A stretch of 64,000 bases of DNA, taken from an uncultured Prevotella sp. Lineage in GTDB: Bacteria; Bacteroidota; Bacteroidia; Bacteroidales; Bacteroidaceae. How positions within the stretch are numbered: the first letter of the stretch is position 1; every line of letters starts with the position of its first letter. The stretch covers positions 11,797 through 75,796 of the forward strand of contig CAYLUI010000010.1 of NCBI GenBank assembly GCA_964386825.1, read 5' to 3'. Positions 28,301 through 37,610 of the stretch are shown piece by piece. The position numbers and the translations under genes were made by a program. The notes below the pieces were generated by a model, which was given only the letters and a program-made list of their open reading frames with translations, searched no databases and was not told the DNA's origin.

Positions 28301-28574
28301 AATCGGTAATGGTTCCTGTTGACTGCCCCTTGATTTTCACAGTAGCACCAATGACACCCTCACCATTCTCGTCAGTAACATGACCTTTAATGGTTCGATT
28401 ATTGGCAGGTGGAAGCTTACTGGCAAGGCTAACATTTTCACCGGCGGAACCACCTATGCTGGCTCCGGATGCCGTAATGGCTTGCCCCCCGCAGAACAGC
28501 GACAAAGACAAGAACAGCAATGCAGAGCGATAGCCCACCTTACTATCTTTGGTTCCAGTAACTTGCTTATTCAT
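25386..28574 (-). CDS. SusC-type TonB-dependent transporter
   Basis: CarboxypepD_reg-like 'IKGHVTDENGEGVIGATVKIKG', plug 'VVVGYGTQRKETVTGAIS' and C-terminal 'NFGLNIKF'. The ATG is at 28574; the track ORF starts with TTG at 28580. Confidence 0.9.
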   Translation of the reverse strand: MNKQVTGTKDSKVGYRSALLFLSLSLFCGGQAITASGASIGGSAGENVSLASKLPPANNRTIKGHVTDENGEGVIGATVKIKGQSTGTITDLDGNFHFQGPVSTFTLEISYVGYTTQSVEVKSGQNALRVTLKPENAMLQEVLVVGYGTQRKETVTGAISMVQTKELVQSPQANLSNMLTGRMPGLLAVQRSGEPGADASTLRIRGVGTFAGGDAAEPLVMVDGIETSDFNSIDPNEIESISILKDASSTAVYGVRGANGVVLITTKRGEKGKPQLSYSGNIAMTKFTEVRENMRAYEYAQNFNEARKYDSYITGSYTPRFSDKELEMYRTGADPILYPDVDWYDMMLKDHSITTQHNVNISGGVDKVRYFASLGYYYQDGMFAPTKVVEGYNTQSSYKRYNFRSNIDIDASKYLSFNINLASQMGTRNGAGTDGQTTKIMNSIAITNPMSTPGIVDGKIVTLGTSTNNPLQAFYENGYRTDYRNHLTGAVGFKFKVPGVQGFSFKGTVSYENYYQHVQRYVKNPFVRYTVRRNDEGNLVFQATNIENPFSTSSSYSRNRRVYFEVGANYDFTLFKDHKFTTLLLYNQTKRNVPNAKYNVPYAYQGIVGRLTYDYKSRYMFEFNMGYNGTENFAEGRRFGFFPAFSGGWTVSEEPFFPKTPVVTYLKIRGSYGEVGNDKIGGERFLYMPTAFVGDRDYHLGDMNSNWTTYSTVSEGTIGNPNVTWERARKTNIGLEASFWDNHIRLDADYFIEKRDNILALRNTIPVLFGGTPSAMNLGRMKNSGFDGDITFRGDINHSLNWWAKANLTYARNKIEFMDEVTNQYSYKNKTGQRLDQYFGLICDGFYNTWDEVNDPRRPKSSWNNDKIQPGDLKYRDINGDGVIDYDDTLPIGYSNFPEVTYGFSFGGDWKGFDLSVLFQGSSNVSLELSRLYQKGFSENFSAPVNLRESWSQERYDAGLPIKYPHLSEGDAVQKHNYQRSSFWVRDASYLRLKNVEIGYTLPKKVTSKLHISSLRVYVNGTNLITWCDLPSGIDPETPNLGANNEAYPLTKIYNFGLNIKF

Positions 28575-28660
28575 ACGCAATTATTATCTTTATTAGTTAG
28601 ATTTCATAATAGGACATGTCATAACAAAGTAAAAGATTCACTTTGTTTACATTGACGCTA

Positions 28661-28668
28661 CAAAATTA
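28661..28668 (-). promoter_or_regulatory. candidate -7 box (TAATTTTG on minus strand) for the susC operon
   Basis: Plus-strand CAAAATTA. It lies about 90 nt upstream of the SusC ATG and downstream of the HTCS terminator. Confidence 0.35.
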
Positions 28669-28751
28669 CTCGTTTTTAACCATATTAAGGATGTACTATT
28701 ATGGCTATAAAAATAGACAATTATTGCTAGATTATTACTATGCAATAATCT

Positions 28752-28797
28752 TCATAAAAGAAACAAATAGGAATGTCTTTAACAAGACATTCCTATT
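28752..28797 (-). terminator. rho-independent terminator of the HTCS gene
   Basis: 14-bp stem 'aataggaatgtctt'/'aagacattcctatt' containing the TAG stop, followed on the minus strand by 'tgtttcttttat'. Confidence 0.6.
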
Positions 28798-31700
28798 CGC
28801 CCTTATTATACTGCATAGGAGATTTGCCCCAATACTGGGTAAATGAGCGGCTGAAATTACTTACTTCCTGATAGCCACACCTGAAAGCTATCTCCGTAAT
28901 ATTCAGATTTGTCGTCTTTAACAGATTGACGGCGGTCTCCATACGCATTTTAATTATAAATTTGTATGGAGTAATCTCCATCAAAGCCTTAGCCTTACGG
29001 GTGAGCTGCTGGGAACTCATATTGAAATTAGAAGCAAGAGCATCTACGCCGAAGTCTGGCTCAGAAAGATGCTGGCTTACCACTTTCTCCATTTCAGCAA
29101 CAAAAGGATTAATCACTTTTTGCTGATATTTACTTTCTGCCTTACCAGTATGTTTCCACATTTCCTTGCGCTTTGCCAAAATATTAGCTACACGCGCCTT
29201 CAACATTGCCGCACTGAAAGGCTTGGTGATATAATCATCAACACCCTTCTCGTAGTTTTTCACGACATGTTGCTCGTCGTTGACAGCAGTCAACATAATC
29301 ACAGGGATGTAGTTGACGCGCTTGTCACTGCGCAAATGCCCGAAGAGCTGGAAGCCGTTCATCTCAGGCATCATAATGTCTGTGATAATAATGTCGGGCA
29401 TCTGCTCTATGGCAGCAGAGAGACCCTCAACACCATTCTTGGCAGTAATTATCTGATATTCACTGCCAAGAATAGTACGAATATAGTCACGCATGTCAGC
29501 ATTATCCTCCACTACGAGGATACAATCACACTGATCGTCCTTACTTACAGATTTTTCTTCTGTTACAGTTTCCTCTTCCTCCCCTTTATCTATTGCAGGC
29601 ATTTCATGACCAACCTCTTCTGTACTTTGCCCGGCATTTAATGAATCTGTGGGCAAAGTAATCGTGAAAACAGAACCATTACCAGGCAGACTGCTTACGG
29701 TGATGGTGCCATCCATTAGCGCCACCAGCTCTTTGGTCATATTAAGCCCTATCCCTACGCCACCATGACACTTATTCCCATTGTCTGAAGCCTGGAAGAA
29801 AATGTCGAAGATTTTCTGCTGGTCCTCTTCAGATATTCCATCTCCATTATCGCTGACCTTTATCGTAACAAATATTTTTTCGTCTCTTACGAAGCTATCC
29901 AGCAAAAGCGTCACTTTACCATTACTGGTATTTGTGTACTTGAAGGCATTGGTAAGAAGATTATACACAGACTTTTCAAGTTTATCTGCATCAAAGCTGA
30001 AAGAAAGGCTATCAATGGAAGATTCGAACGAATAATCAACATGTTGTTGAGTTGCTTCAAACAGGAATATATCAAAGACATTATGCATGAATGGCACAAT
30101 ATCCTGCATGGTCTTGTTAATTTTCATCTTATGCGCCTCAATCTTTCTGAAATCAAGGAACTGGTTTACAAGACGTGTTAATCTTACAGTATTATTATGT
30201 ATAATGCTCAAAAGTTTCTTATTGTCTCCATGCTGTTCTTTGGAATTAATAATCTGTTCTAATGGCCCAAGTATCAGAGTGAGACTCGTGCGGAACTCAT
30301 GCGAGATGTTGGTGAAGAACTTGAACTTCATCTCGTAGAGTTGCTTTTCCTGCTTTTCTTTTATTTTTTCTACCTCACGCTTATTCTTTTCCTGTTCACG
30401 CTTTACCCTTCTGCCAGAAAGGTAATAGATTAGCAATCCTGCAAGAACAACGTATGACGCATACGCCCACCATGTACGCCAAAAAGGAGGATGAACGACA
30501 ATAGTAAGCTCCGTAGGCTTTTCATTCCAAATGCCATCACTGTTACTAGCCTTTACTTTAAAAACATATTTCCCTGGTGCCAAATGCGCATACGTTGCCA
30601 AACGCTGATGAACATTAGCATAAATCCAGTCTTTGTCAACGCCTTCAAGTTTATAAGCATAAAAAATCTTTGCTGGAGAGTTGAATTCGTGCACTGCAAA
30701 CTGTAATGACAATGTTGACTGCCAGTAACTAAGGTCAATGCGCTTTGCATCAATTATACCAATCTTCAATGGGGTGCCCTCGCCAGGTTCTACAAGTTCA
30801 TTAAAAAGATAAAGTCCTTCTATATAAACTTTAGGTACAACGGAATCAAGGCGTATAGAGTCCGGATAAAATCGGTTAGCACCGCTTATACCACCGAAAA
30901 ACAACTCTCCGTCATATCCTTTCCAGGCTACTCTGGCACCGAACTCTCCTTTTTGCAATCCGTCGTTGGCATCAAACTTATGGAAAGTATTGTCATTGAA
31001 GGAATACCGTATTAAGCCAACGGTAGAACTCAGCCACAAATACCCACGTGAGTCTTCTTCGATAGCCATGACTGGAGCCGACTGTGCCTCACAGGGCATT
31101 GCAATAGTGGAAAAACTGTCTTGTTCATGACAGAAGCATGCAAGCCCTGCCATTGTTCCAATCCAAAGACGCTTATGCGAGTCTTCAAATATAGATGTAA
31201 CGTTGTTGTCAGGTAAAGAAGTAGAAACAGAGGGATTGTTTCTGTAGATTTTTTTGTGTCTGAGATCTTTGCTATATCTAAGCAACCCACCCTCTGTGCC
31301 AACCCATAAAGTGCCCGTCAAGTCACGATATATTGCTGTAACTTTCTGATCTGGGTAGATAAGTTCGGTGCTATGTATGAGCGCCTTTGACTGTCCTGTA
31401 ATAGGGTCAAAACGGAGGAGTCCGACTTCTGTACCTATCCAAAGGAAGCCGTCTGGGTCTTGACTAAATGTGGTGACAGTGCGGAATGGCTCGTAGTTAG
31501 GATTTGACGGATTGTTGAGTGTGAAATTGGTATATGTGTTGTTTTGGGGATTATATCGCGTGATGTTATCGTTGTGGTAGCCAATCCATACGTTACCCGA
31601 CCCATCCAGGAAGAGCGTCCTGACGGAAGGGTCAGGAAGAATTGGTGTAATATTTTCGAAGCCTTTACTGCCAGGGGGTATTCTCAATAGCCCATGGTTT

Positions 31701-32839
31701 GTCTGCATCCAAACATTATCCTTAAGATCCTTGATAACCGCCCGCACTATGAGATCTTGCCCAAACAGTGATGTATGCAGGATTTCCGCAAAATTTAGAT
31801 GCCGATAATAGTAATAGAAGAGTCCTTTTTCAGTCCCAATCCACACATCCCCAACATTGTCAAAATAGATTTTGCGGATATCGTCGCTGGTAAAGTCCAG
31901 TGATGCAGTGTTTGGATCAATATAGGTGAATGTGCGGGTATCTGGGTGATATATACTGATTCCTTTGCCTGTGCTTATCCATACATTGCCTTGCTTATCA
32001 CCAACTATGCTATATACACAATGCCCATGCAGACTAGTATTTGAGCTGTAGTTTTCTGGGAAATGTTTTATAGTGTTAGTAATTGGGTTAATACGGTAAG
32101 CACCACTGTGTGTAGAACCTACCCAAATATATCCTTGCTTGTCTTGGAAGAGACATGTATTATGAACACATACTTTTCTCTCCTGCTGATCAGGTTTGGA
32201 CAGGAAGTAGCTGAAACTGCGTGACCTAGGATTATACTTATTTAAACCTCCACCCCATGTTGTGAGCCACAAATTGCCTGCTTTATCGCAGATCATGTCT
32301 GTGACAGCGTTGTGCGTCAGCCCTCCTGAGCGTGCGTTCTGTACAAGAAGTATTTTACCGTTTTTTGGATTCATGCATACAAAACCAAATCTATCTACTG
32401 CTATCCAAAGGTTATGGTCTTTACCTTCAACGATAGCCGCAATGTCTCCACGTTTAGCACTGGCATGTGAGTAGCAAGAAAAGTTTTTGATTATGCCATT
32501 GCGCTGATCAATTCGGCTGATATTTCCATCGATTTGACCTACCCAAAGATTGTCATGACTATCCTCATAAATACACTTAATATTGTTGCTGTTTATTGAA
32601 TTATCAGAATTGAAATTTGACTTAAAGATTTTAAAATCATACCCGTTAAAGCGGTTTAGACCGTTGGAAGTGCCTATCCACAAATAGCCATAATGATCCT
32701 GCAATAATGCCGTGATGCTACTATTAGATAATCCATCAACAACATTATAGTAGTTTAGCTTTTGGGATAGTGCCTTAGAAAAGGACAAAAGCCCAACAAA
32801 GAACATCAGTAGCAATTTATGCGAATAGGTGATTGCCAT
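28793..32839 (-). CDS. hybrid two-component system sensor kinase/response regulator with AraC-type HTH (HTCS)
   Basis: 1348 aa. It has a periplasmic beta-propeller repeat region, a TM segment, H-box 'ISHEFRTSLTLILGP', an ATPase domain, receiver 'ILVVEDNADMRDY...DIMMPEMNG' and a C-terminal HTH 'FRCGYQEVSNFSRSFTQYWGKSP'. Confidence 0.92.
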   Translation of the reverse strand: MAITYSHKLLLMFFVGLLSFSKALSQKLNYYNVVDGLSNSSITALLQDHYGYLWIGTSNGLNRFNGYDFKIFKSNFNSDNSINSNNIKCIYEDSHDNLWVGQIDGNISRIDQRNGIIKNFSCYSHASAKRGDIAAIVEGKDHNLWIAVDRFGFVCMNPKNGKILLVQNARSGGLTHNAVTDMICDKAGNLWLTTWGGGLNKYNPRSRSFSYFLSKPDQQERKVCVHNTCLFQDKQGYIWVGSTHSGAYRINPITNTIKHFPENYSSNTSLHGHCVYSIVGDKQGNVWISTGKGISIYHPDTRTFTYIDPNTASLDFTSDDIRKIYFDNVGDVWIGTEKGLFYYYYRHLNFAEILHTSLFGQDLIVRAVIKDLKDNVWMQTNHGLLRIPPGSKGFENITPILPDPSVRTLFLDGSGNVWIGYHNDNITRYNPQNNTYTNFTLNNPSNPNYEPFRTVTTFSQDPDGFLWIGTEVGLLRFDPITGQSKALIHSTELIYPDQKVTAIYRDLTGTLWVGTEGGLLRYSKDLRHKKIYRNNPSVSTSLPDNNVTSIFEDSHKRLWIGTMAGLACFCHEQDSFSTIAMPCEAQSAPVMAIEEDSRGYLWLSSTVGLIRYSFNDNTFHKFDANDGLQKGEFGARVAWKGYDGELFFGGISGANRFYPDSIRLDSVVPKVYIEGLYLFNELVEPGEGTPLKIGIIDAKRIDLSYWQSTLSLQFAVHEFNSPAKIFYAYKLEGVDKDWIYANVHQRLATYAHLAPGKYVFKVKASNSDGIWNEKPTELTIVVHPPFWRTWWAYASYVVLAGLLIYYLSGRRVKREQEKNKREVEKIKEKQEKQLYEMKFKFFTNISHEFRTSLTLILGPLEQIINSKEQHGDNKKLLSIIHNNTVRLTRLVNQFLDFRKIEAHKMKINKTMQDIVPFMHNVFDIFLFEATQQHVDYSFESSIDSLSFSFDADKLEKSVYNLLTNAFKYTNTSNGKVTLLLDSFVRDEKIFVTIKVSDNGDGISEEDQQKIFDIFFQASDNGNKCHGGVGIGLNMTKELVALMDGTITVSSLPGNGSVFTITLPTDSLNAGQSTEEVGHEMPAIDKGEEEETVTEEKSVSKDDQCDCILVVEDNADMRDYIRTILGSEYQIITAKNGVEGLSAAIEQMPDIIITDIMMPEMNGFQLFGHLRSDKRVNYIPVIMLTAVNDEQHVVKNYEKGVDDYITKPFSAAMLKARVANILAKRKEMWKHTGKAESKYQQKVINPFVAEMEKVVSQHLSEPDFGVDALASNFNMSSQQLTRKAKALMEITPYKFIIKMRMETAVNLLKTTNLNITEIAFRCGYQEVSNFSRSFTQYWGKSPMQYNKGE

Positions 32840-32861
32840 TTAAATCATCAGATTTCTGACG

Positions 32862-32869
32862 CAAAGTTA
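32862..32869 (-). promoter_or_regulatory. candidate -7 box (TAACTTTG on minus strand) for the HTCS gene
   Basis: Plus-strand 'gCAAAGTTAa', 23 nt upstream of the ATG at 32839. Confidence 0.4.
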
Positions 32870-32919
32870 AACTATATTTATTACAACGTCAACATTAATA
32901 TAAAAAATATTTTTCCAAA

Positions 32920-33825
32920 TTATGCATATTCCCCTTTGTAGCGTTCACGATACTGTTTTGGTGAAAGTCCTGTATGCTTTTTAAAGAATCGGCTGAAATA
33001 GTAACTATCGTCAAATCCTACCTTTAAAGCTACCTGATTAACTTGCAAATATGTATCGCACAATAGGTCGCAAGCGCACTTGACCTTCATATTCATATAA
33101 TATGTCATAGGTGCCTGCTTGGTGTGTTTGTAGAACAAACGATAGAAATAAGAATCTGAATACCCAAGTTCACTTGCCATATCAGAGACGTTGAGTTTAA
33201 CATCCAGATGACAATTCATATAACTTAATACCTTACTGAGAAATGGCGTATTTTCTTGTTTAGCCTTAGGAAACTTTGCTTCACGATAAGAGTTAACGAA
33301 ACAGAAAGAAGCTATGACATGGTTAAAACACATATTGACATAAGCCATACTTTGTAAGTTGGTCTCACTTTCCATGAGGTTGAGCATATCATCGAGCATT
33401 GACGTGCGATCAACAAAACGTGCGTTCTCAGCCTCAGCAAGTTGATGTGGAGTCTTCATCATGTTGTAAATATACTCTGACTTAGAGCCTCGGAATGTAA
33501 TGGTGTAAAGATGCCAAGGATGTGTTTCGCTACTGCCATATTGATAAGGAGCATTGGGAGGAAGCACGACATACTGTTGCTCACCAATCGCATGATGTTC
33601 ACCGTTAATATTGTAGAATCCACGACCTTTATAGCAATATAGAAGGATAAAACTATTACTGCCATTTTGAGAAGACACATAATGGTATTTTGCATTTGGG
33701 AAATAACCCATCGCCTCTACCACCAAATCGCTGGTAAGCGTATGAGAGAGTGCCAAGCTGACCATATTTAAAGGATAAATGACAAGTCTTTCTCCTTTAA
33801 ATCCGTTCTTAATCTTCAATTGCAT
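32920..33825 (-). CDS. AraC-family transcriptional regulator (cupin sensor plus HTH)
   Basis: C-terminal 'GFDDSYYFSRFFKKHTGLSPKQYR' and an N-terminal cupin-like half. The start is set at ATG M11 because the upstream part of the track ORF overlaps a -7 box. Confidence 0.85.
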   Translation of the reverse strand: MQLKIKNGFKGERLVIYPLNMVSLALSHTLTSDLVVEAMGYFPNAKYHYVSSQNGSNSFILLYCYKGRGFYNINGEHHAIGEQQYVVLPPNAPYQYGSSETHPWHLYTITFRGSKSEYIYNMMKTPHQLAEAENARFVDRTSMLDDMLNLMESETNLQSMAYVNMCFNHVIASFCFVNSYREAKFPKAKQENTPFLSKVLSYMNCHLDVKLNVSDMASELGYSDSYFYRLFYKHTKQAPMTYYMNMKVKCACDLLCDTYLQVNQVALKVGFDDSYYFSRFFKKHTGLSPKQYRERYKGEYA

Positions 33826-33852
33826 AGTTTTTAGTTTCCATTTTGACTGATG

Positions 33853-33860
33853 CAAAGTTA
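33853..33860 (-). promoter_or_regulatory. candidate -7 box (TAACTTTG on minus strand) for the AraC gene
   Basis: Plus-strand 'gCAAAGTTAa', 28 nt upstream of the ATG at 33825. Confidence 0.4.
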
Positions 33861-33970
33861 ACGACTAAGGAGTAGTGGGTTGTTATCAAAAAGACTTATA
33901 GTTTTATCATTTTACCTCCGTTTATCATTTTCCATAATTAGTTTATAAAAATCAATTATTATTTTACTAG

Positions 33971-35944
33971 TTATTTCCATCTTATGACTTGTACTTCACC
34001 AGGACATAAAGTCATCGGGGTTGATTTACTTTGCGCATATAGCATTTTTGGACTCACCTTAGCAGGAAGATTCATTAACCTCACGTTCTGTGTAGATGAA
34101 GAATTATTTATGATAATTGTCACAATTTGGCTACCATTATACATAATGCGCAACAGAACATCTTTATGATAGCTGTCAAACTGTATAGCCTTACTTTGAG
34201 GTAGTTGATTGCAAATGAAATCCGACAATGGCTCATAATTGTCAGTTTCCCAAGCTCCAAGAGAAATGCAAGATGGTATGAAAAATACCTTACCCTTACC
34301 ATTTTTATGTATCTGATATTGTTTTGAGCTATGTGCTATTATCCCTTGCTGCCAAAGAGCCGGCAATCTGTATCCATCTATATCGAGATAGAATGTATTC
34401 TCATGACAGATGTACTGACCAATTTCACCACCAATAAGTTCTTTCCATTGCGAATTATTTGGAATAGTATTTGTATTGTGCAAGTTCTCATCGAAATATC
34501 CAGTCAACCCTTCAACAATAAGAGTGCCTCCATTTTCCACGAATCGCTGTAGCTTTGGAAGTGCATAATGTGGCAAACATATTTGATTGGCAAGAATGAT
34601 TGTACGACCATTATAACTTTGCTCAGTGAAATTGTAATTATCAAATTGAGTGATATTCGCCTGTATTCCACACTCTGACAGTGACCGATATGCGGAGGCA
34701 ATGGACTTAAAGACTGATCCCACCTGAGGGCCGGTACTACCTGCTTGAGTTTCACCGGATTTGCCAACTACCCGTTCTGCCCAAAATGACTCTTTAGTAT
34801 AAACAATATCAACTCCCGCCTCCTCCTGCCTTACTTTTGCAAAGAAGTTACTATTCTGATATATGCAACTGGCTACACTTGCAGCAGCTTTCATACGTGA
34901 GGTGGCTTGTCCCTGATAATCGAGCAAAGCCCACTCACCTGATTCTATGCCAGAGGAACGTGGGTTAAGCATCCAGAAAATTGCACCCTTACCTCCTGTA
35001 CCTATCACTGTCCAAAGCCACTGTGCTATTTCGTGAGAAGTAGGACAAAAAGGTTTACTTCCACTCCAAATATTGTTTCCACCTTGTATTTCCGTCATAA
35101 ACCATGGTAAAGTTGCGGCTCCATTCTTTATTATTTCACTTTCTATAGCCATTGCCAACGTGAATTGCGGACGATTGAATGAAGTATAATGCCATGAAGG
35201 ATGAGCGGAACCGCCTAGACTTGTTAGGAAAGTACGCCAAGAAGTCCAGTCGTACTCTCCTATATTACCGAACACATTAGCTGGATTGACATGGATATCA
35301 TGATTCCTGTCATACTTTCTTACTTCTGAGGCTATCCAGTTCAAATACTGAGCTGTAAAATCGTAAATAAAAGCTTGTCGACGTGGAGAAGTTAGAATTG
35401 GGTATCCGTTTTCGGCTAGCATGTTGTCAGGATGCTTTTCCTGCCACAGCTTCCATGCATCATTTATGTATTTTGAAGACAAGTTCTTTCCATCTGTCCC
35501 CGGCTCATTGATTATGACCCAACCTTTAAGAGCCTCATTGCTTCTATAATGAGACACCAATGCCTTAATAAAGTTAGCAAAATCAGCTTGTTGTACATTG
35601 TCTTTAGGAAACTTCCAACCTCCGATATCAGTCTTAAGCGTTGTTGGGAATAGTGTACAATAGACTTTTATATGATGTCGCTTTGCAGCATCAAAGGCTG
35701 TGTCGAAGAGAGAAAAATCGTAAGTGCCATCCGGACGCTCCATATATTGTTGAAACATACGGATTCTACAAACTGTCATACCACACTTCTGCATCTGCGC
35801 AAACCAACCCTCAATATCATTTTTTGTCTGACCTGGTTCGATGAAGACCTGTGCTCCAATGAAAGGAAGGTCATCTTTGCTCAAATGCTGTGCTCCGATG
35901 TTCAATGCAAAGAGAAGGAACAGAATGGAAAGAAAGTTTTTCAT
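33971..35944 (-). CDS. GH42-like beta-galactosidase-type glycoside hydrolase (clan GH-A)
   Basis: Signal peptide. The block 'CRIRMFQQYMERPDGTYDFSLFDTAFDAAKRHHIKV' resembles the GH42 N-terminus. 'WVIINEPG' is a candidate acid/base block and 'PWFMTEIQGGNNIW' a candidate nucleophile block. Confidence 0.55.
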   Translation of the reverse strand: MKNFLSILFLLFALNIGAQHLSKDDLPFIGAQVFIEPGQTKNDIEGWFAQMQKCGMTVCRIRMFQQYMERPDGTYDFSLFDTAFDAAKRHHIKVYCTLFPTTLKTDIGGWKFPKDNVQQADFANFIKALVSHYRSNEALKGWVIINEPGTDGKNLSSKYINDAWKLWQEKHPDNMLAENGYPILTSPRRQAFIYDFTAQYLNWIASEVRKYDRNHDIHVNPANVFGNIGEYDWTSWRTFLTSLGGSAHPSWHYTSFNRPQFTLAMAIESEIIKNGAATLPWFMTEIQGGNNIWSGSKPFCPTSHEIAQWLWTVIGTGGKGAIFWMLNPRSSGIESGEWALLDYQGQATSRMKAAASVASCIYQNSNFFAKVRQEEAGVDIVYTKESFWAERVVGKSGETQAGSTGPQVGSVFKSIASAYRSLSECGIQANITQFDNYNFTEQSYNGRTIILANQICLPHYALPKLQRFVENGGTLIVEGLTGYFDENLHNTNTIPNNSQWKELIGGEIGQYICHENTFYLDIDGYRLPALWQQGIIAHSSKQYQIHKNGKGKVFFIPSCISLGAWETDNYEPLSDFICNQLPQSKAIQFDSYHKDVLLRIMYNGSQIVTIIINNSSSTQNVRLMNLPAKVSPKMLYAQSKSTPMTLCPGEVQVIRWK

Positions 35945-35948
35945 ATTC

Positions 35949-37568
35949 TTACTTATCTTTTACGAAATAAGGTAAACGATTAATAGAAGCCGTTATGACG
36001 TATGTCCTTCCGCCTTTATAGCGTTTTCCTTGATCGTCAGTCCATTTACCTTTTGGCAATGTGACTTTTCTTTTTCCACCTTTATTTATAATAGGAGTCA
36101 CAAGGTACTTAGTGCCCAACATGTACTGATCACGGCAATGCTCTAAACCCTGATGAGGAAACACATATTCCATATGGCGCACTATTGGCTCTCCGTCTTT
36201 AGCTGCTTGGAGTGCCATCAGATATATCTCATTACCCAAAGCTGAATGACGTTGGGCATCGACTCGACAGATATCGAGATGTTGCTTGTCAAGGACTCGC
36301 CATGGTGCTGCTGAGAACTGCATCATTGGCATCATAACCTGAGCCTGAGCTGATCGAATAAAAAGTTCTTGGTCAAGATGATAGTTTTTATCCCAAAAAG
36401 TAGATAACAATCCACCTCCTATCATATCTGGACAAGTAAATGGCAAGCCAATAAGTCCTGCCGAAATCATATCTGGCACGATGAGTTGCAAGTCATCCCA
36501 CGAAGCCCCCTTATCTTGCAAGCGTTGTGAGACCGGTATATTCCCGCCCTTCCAGCATGCACGAAGTTCACTTAGAGGGAATTCCTCTGCAAGTTTTGTA
36601 TAAAGTTGGCATTGCTCCTGTGCAGATGCCTTAACTGCGTCATTAGGAAATACATGAGATTTGTCAGAATAAAAATCAAAGTCAACAGCATCCATTTTGA
36701 AACCATCAATTCCATAAGCTGATTGAAGATGCTTCAATTTGGAGCGGAACCATTCCATACCCTGGGGTTTGGCAAGATCGACGCAAGCACTGTATCCATT
36801 CCACCAACGGATGCGTGCTGGCTCGCCGTCAGAGACCCTGGTAATAAGTCCACCTTTGCCCTTTAATGAACGAAACTCTGGGCTGTCAGATGTAATAAAC
36901 GGCGACACCCAAACCATAACCTTAAAGCCCATGCGATGCATCTCATCGACCATTGCCTTTGGATTGGGGAATTTCTGTCTGTCGAAATCAAGGTCACCAT
37001 AATACTTGGCCCACTGGTCATCTATCATGAAGACACCCACTGGGAATCCATTGTTTATGATGTCCTTGCAATAGCGCAAGACATCATCCTGATTTTGATG
37101 ATAGTTTAGCTCTATCCACGTGTTGTACTGTGGTTGCGTGAAGAGTTCCTTAGCAGGTGTGCGACCGGCAGGTGGGAAATGGAGACGCATTGCTGCTAGG
37201 TAAGCATCACGAAGCGTCTTGCCAGTACTGACCGGATTTATTGATTCATTATCTGATACAAGATATAAATTACCCTGATGTAAAGAAAAAGCAAAAGGGT
37301 AATCGCTCCAGATGTAGCGCCCCATATTAGAGAGCAAGAAAGGTGCTGCCTGATTACTATTGTTGTCGTACCGCAGGTCTTTCCGTGCATATTCTGCAGG
37401 GTACGGTTGGAAAACTATCTTGCTCAGAGGCGTACCATTGAAAGCCTCTGCTGTATAAGCTCCATACCACACCTCACCAGGAAGAGACTTGATAAAGCTG
37501 GTAATCTCTTTAGCAGAAACAGAAAGAGATAAAGCTACTACAAGTAATAGAAATGATAATATACGCAT
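35949..37568 (-). CDS. clan GH-D (GH31/GH36/GH27-like) alpha-glycosidase
   Basis: Signal peptide 'MRILSFLLLVVALSLSVSA'. The TIM-barrel blocks are 'VFMIDDQWAKYYGDLDFDRQKFPNPKAMVDEMHRMGFKVMVWVSPF' and 'YGIDGFKMDAVD'. The ATG at 37568 is used because the track ORF starts with TTG. Confidence 0.5.
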   Translation of the reverse strand: MRILSFLLLVVALSLSVSAKEITSFIKSLPGEVWYGAYTAEAFNGTPLSKIVFQPYPAEYARKDLRYDNNSNQAAPFLLSNMGRYIWSDYPFAFSLHQGNLYLVSDNESINPVSTGKTLRDAYLAAMRLHFPPAGRTPAKELFTQPQYNTWIELNYHQNQDDVLRYCKDIINNGFPVGVFMIDDQWAKYYGDLDFDRQKFPNPKAMVDEMHRMGFKVMVWVSPFITSDSPEFRSLKGKGGLITRVSDGEPARIRWWNGYSACVDLAKPQGMEWFRSKLKHLQSAYGIDGFKMDAVDFDFYSDKSHVFPNDAVKASAQEQCQLYTKLAEEFPLSELRACWKGGNIPVSQRLQDKGASWDDLQLIVPDMISAGLIGLPFTCPDMIGGGLLSTFWDKNYHLDQELFIRSAQAQVMMPMMQFSAAPWRVLDKQHLDICRVDAQRHSALGNEIYLMALQAAKDGEPIVRHMEYVFPHQGLEHCRDQYMLGTKYLVTPIINKGGKRKVTLPKGKWTDDQGKRYKGGRTYVITASINRLPYFVKDK

Positions 37569-37610
37569 GTTATAAAGTGTTAAGTTGTACAATACCGAAA
37601 GAAGGAGATG

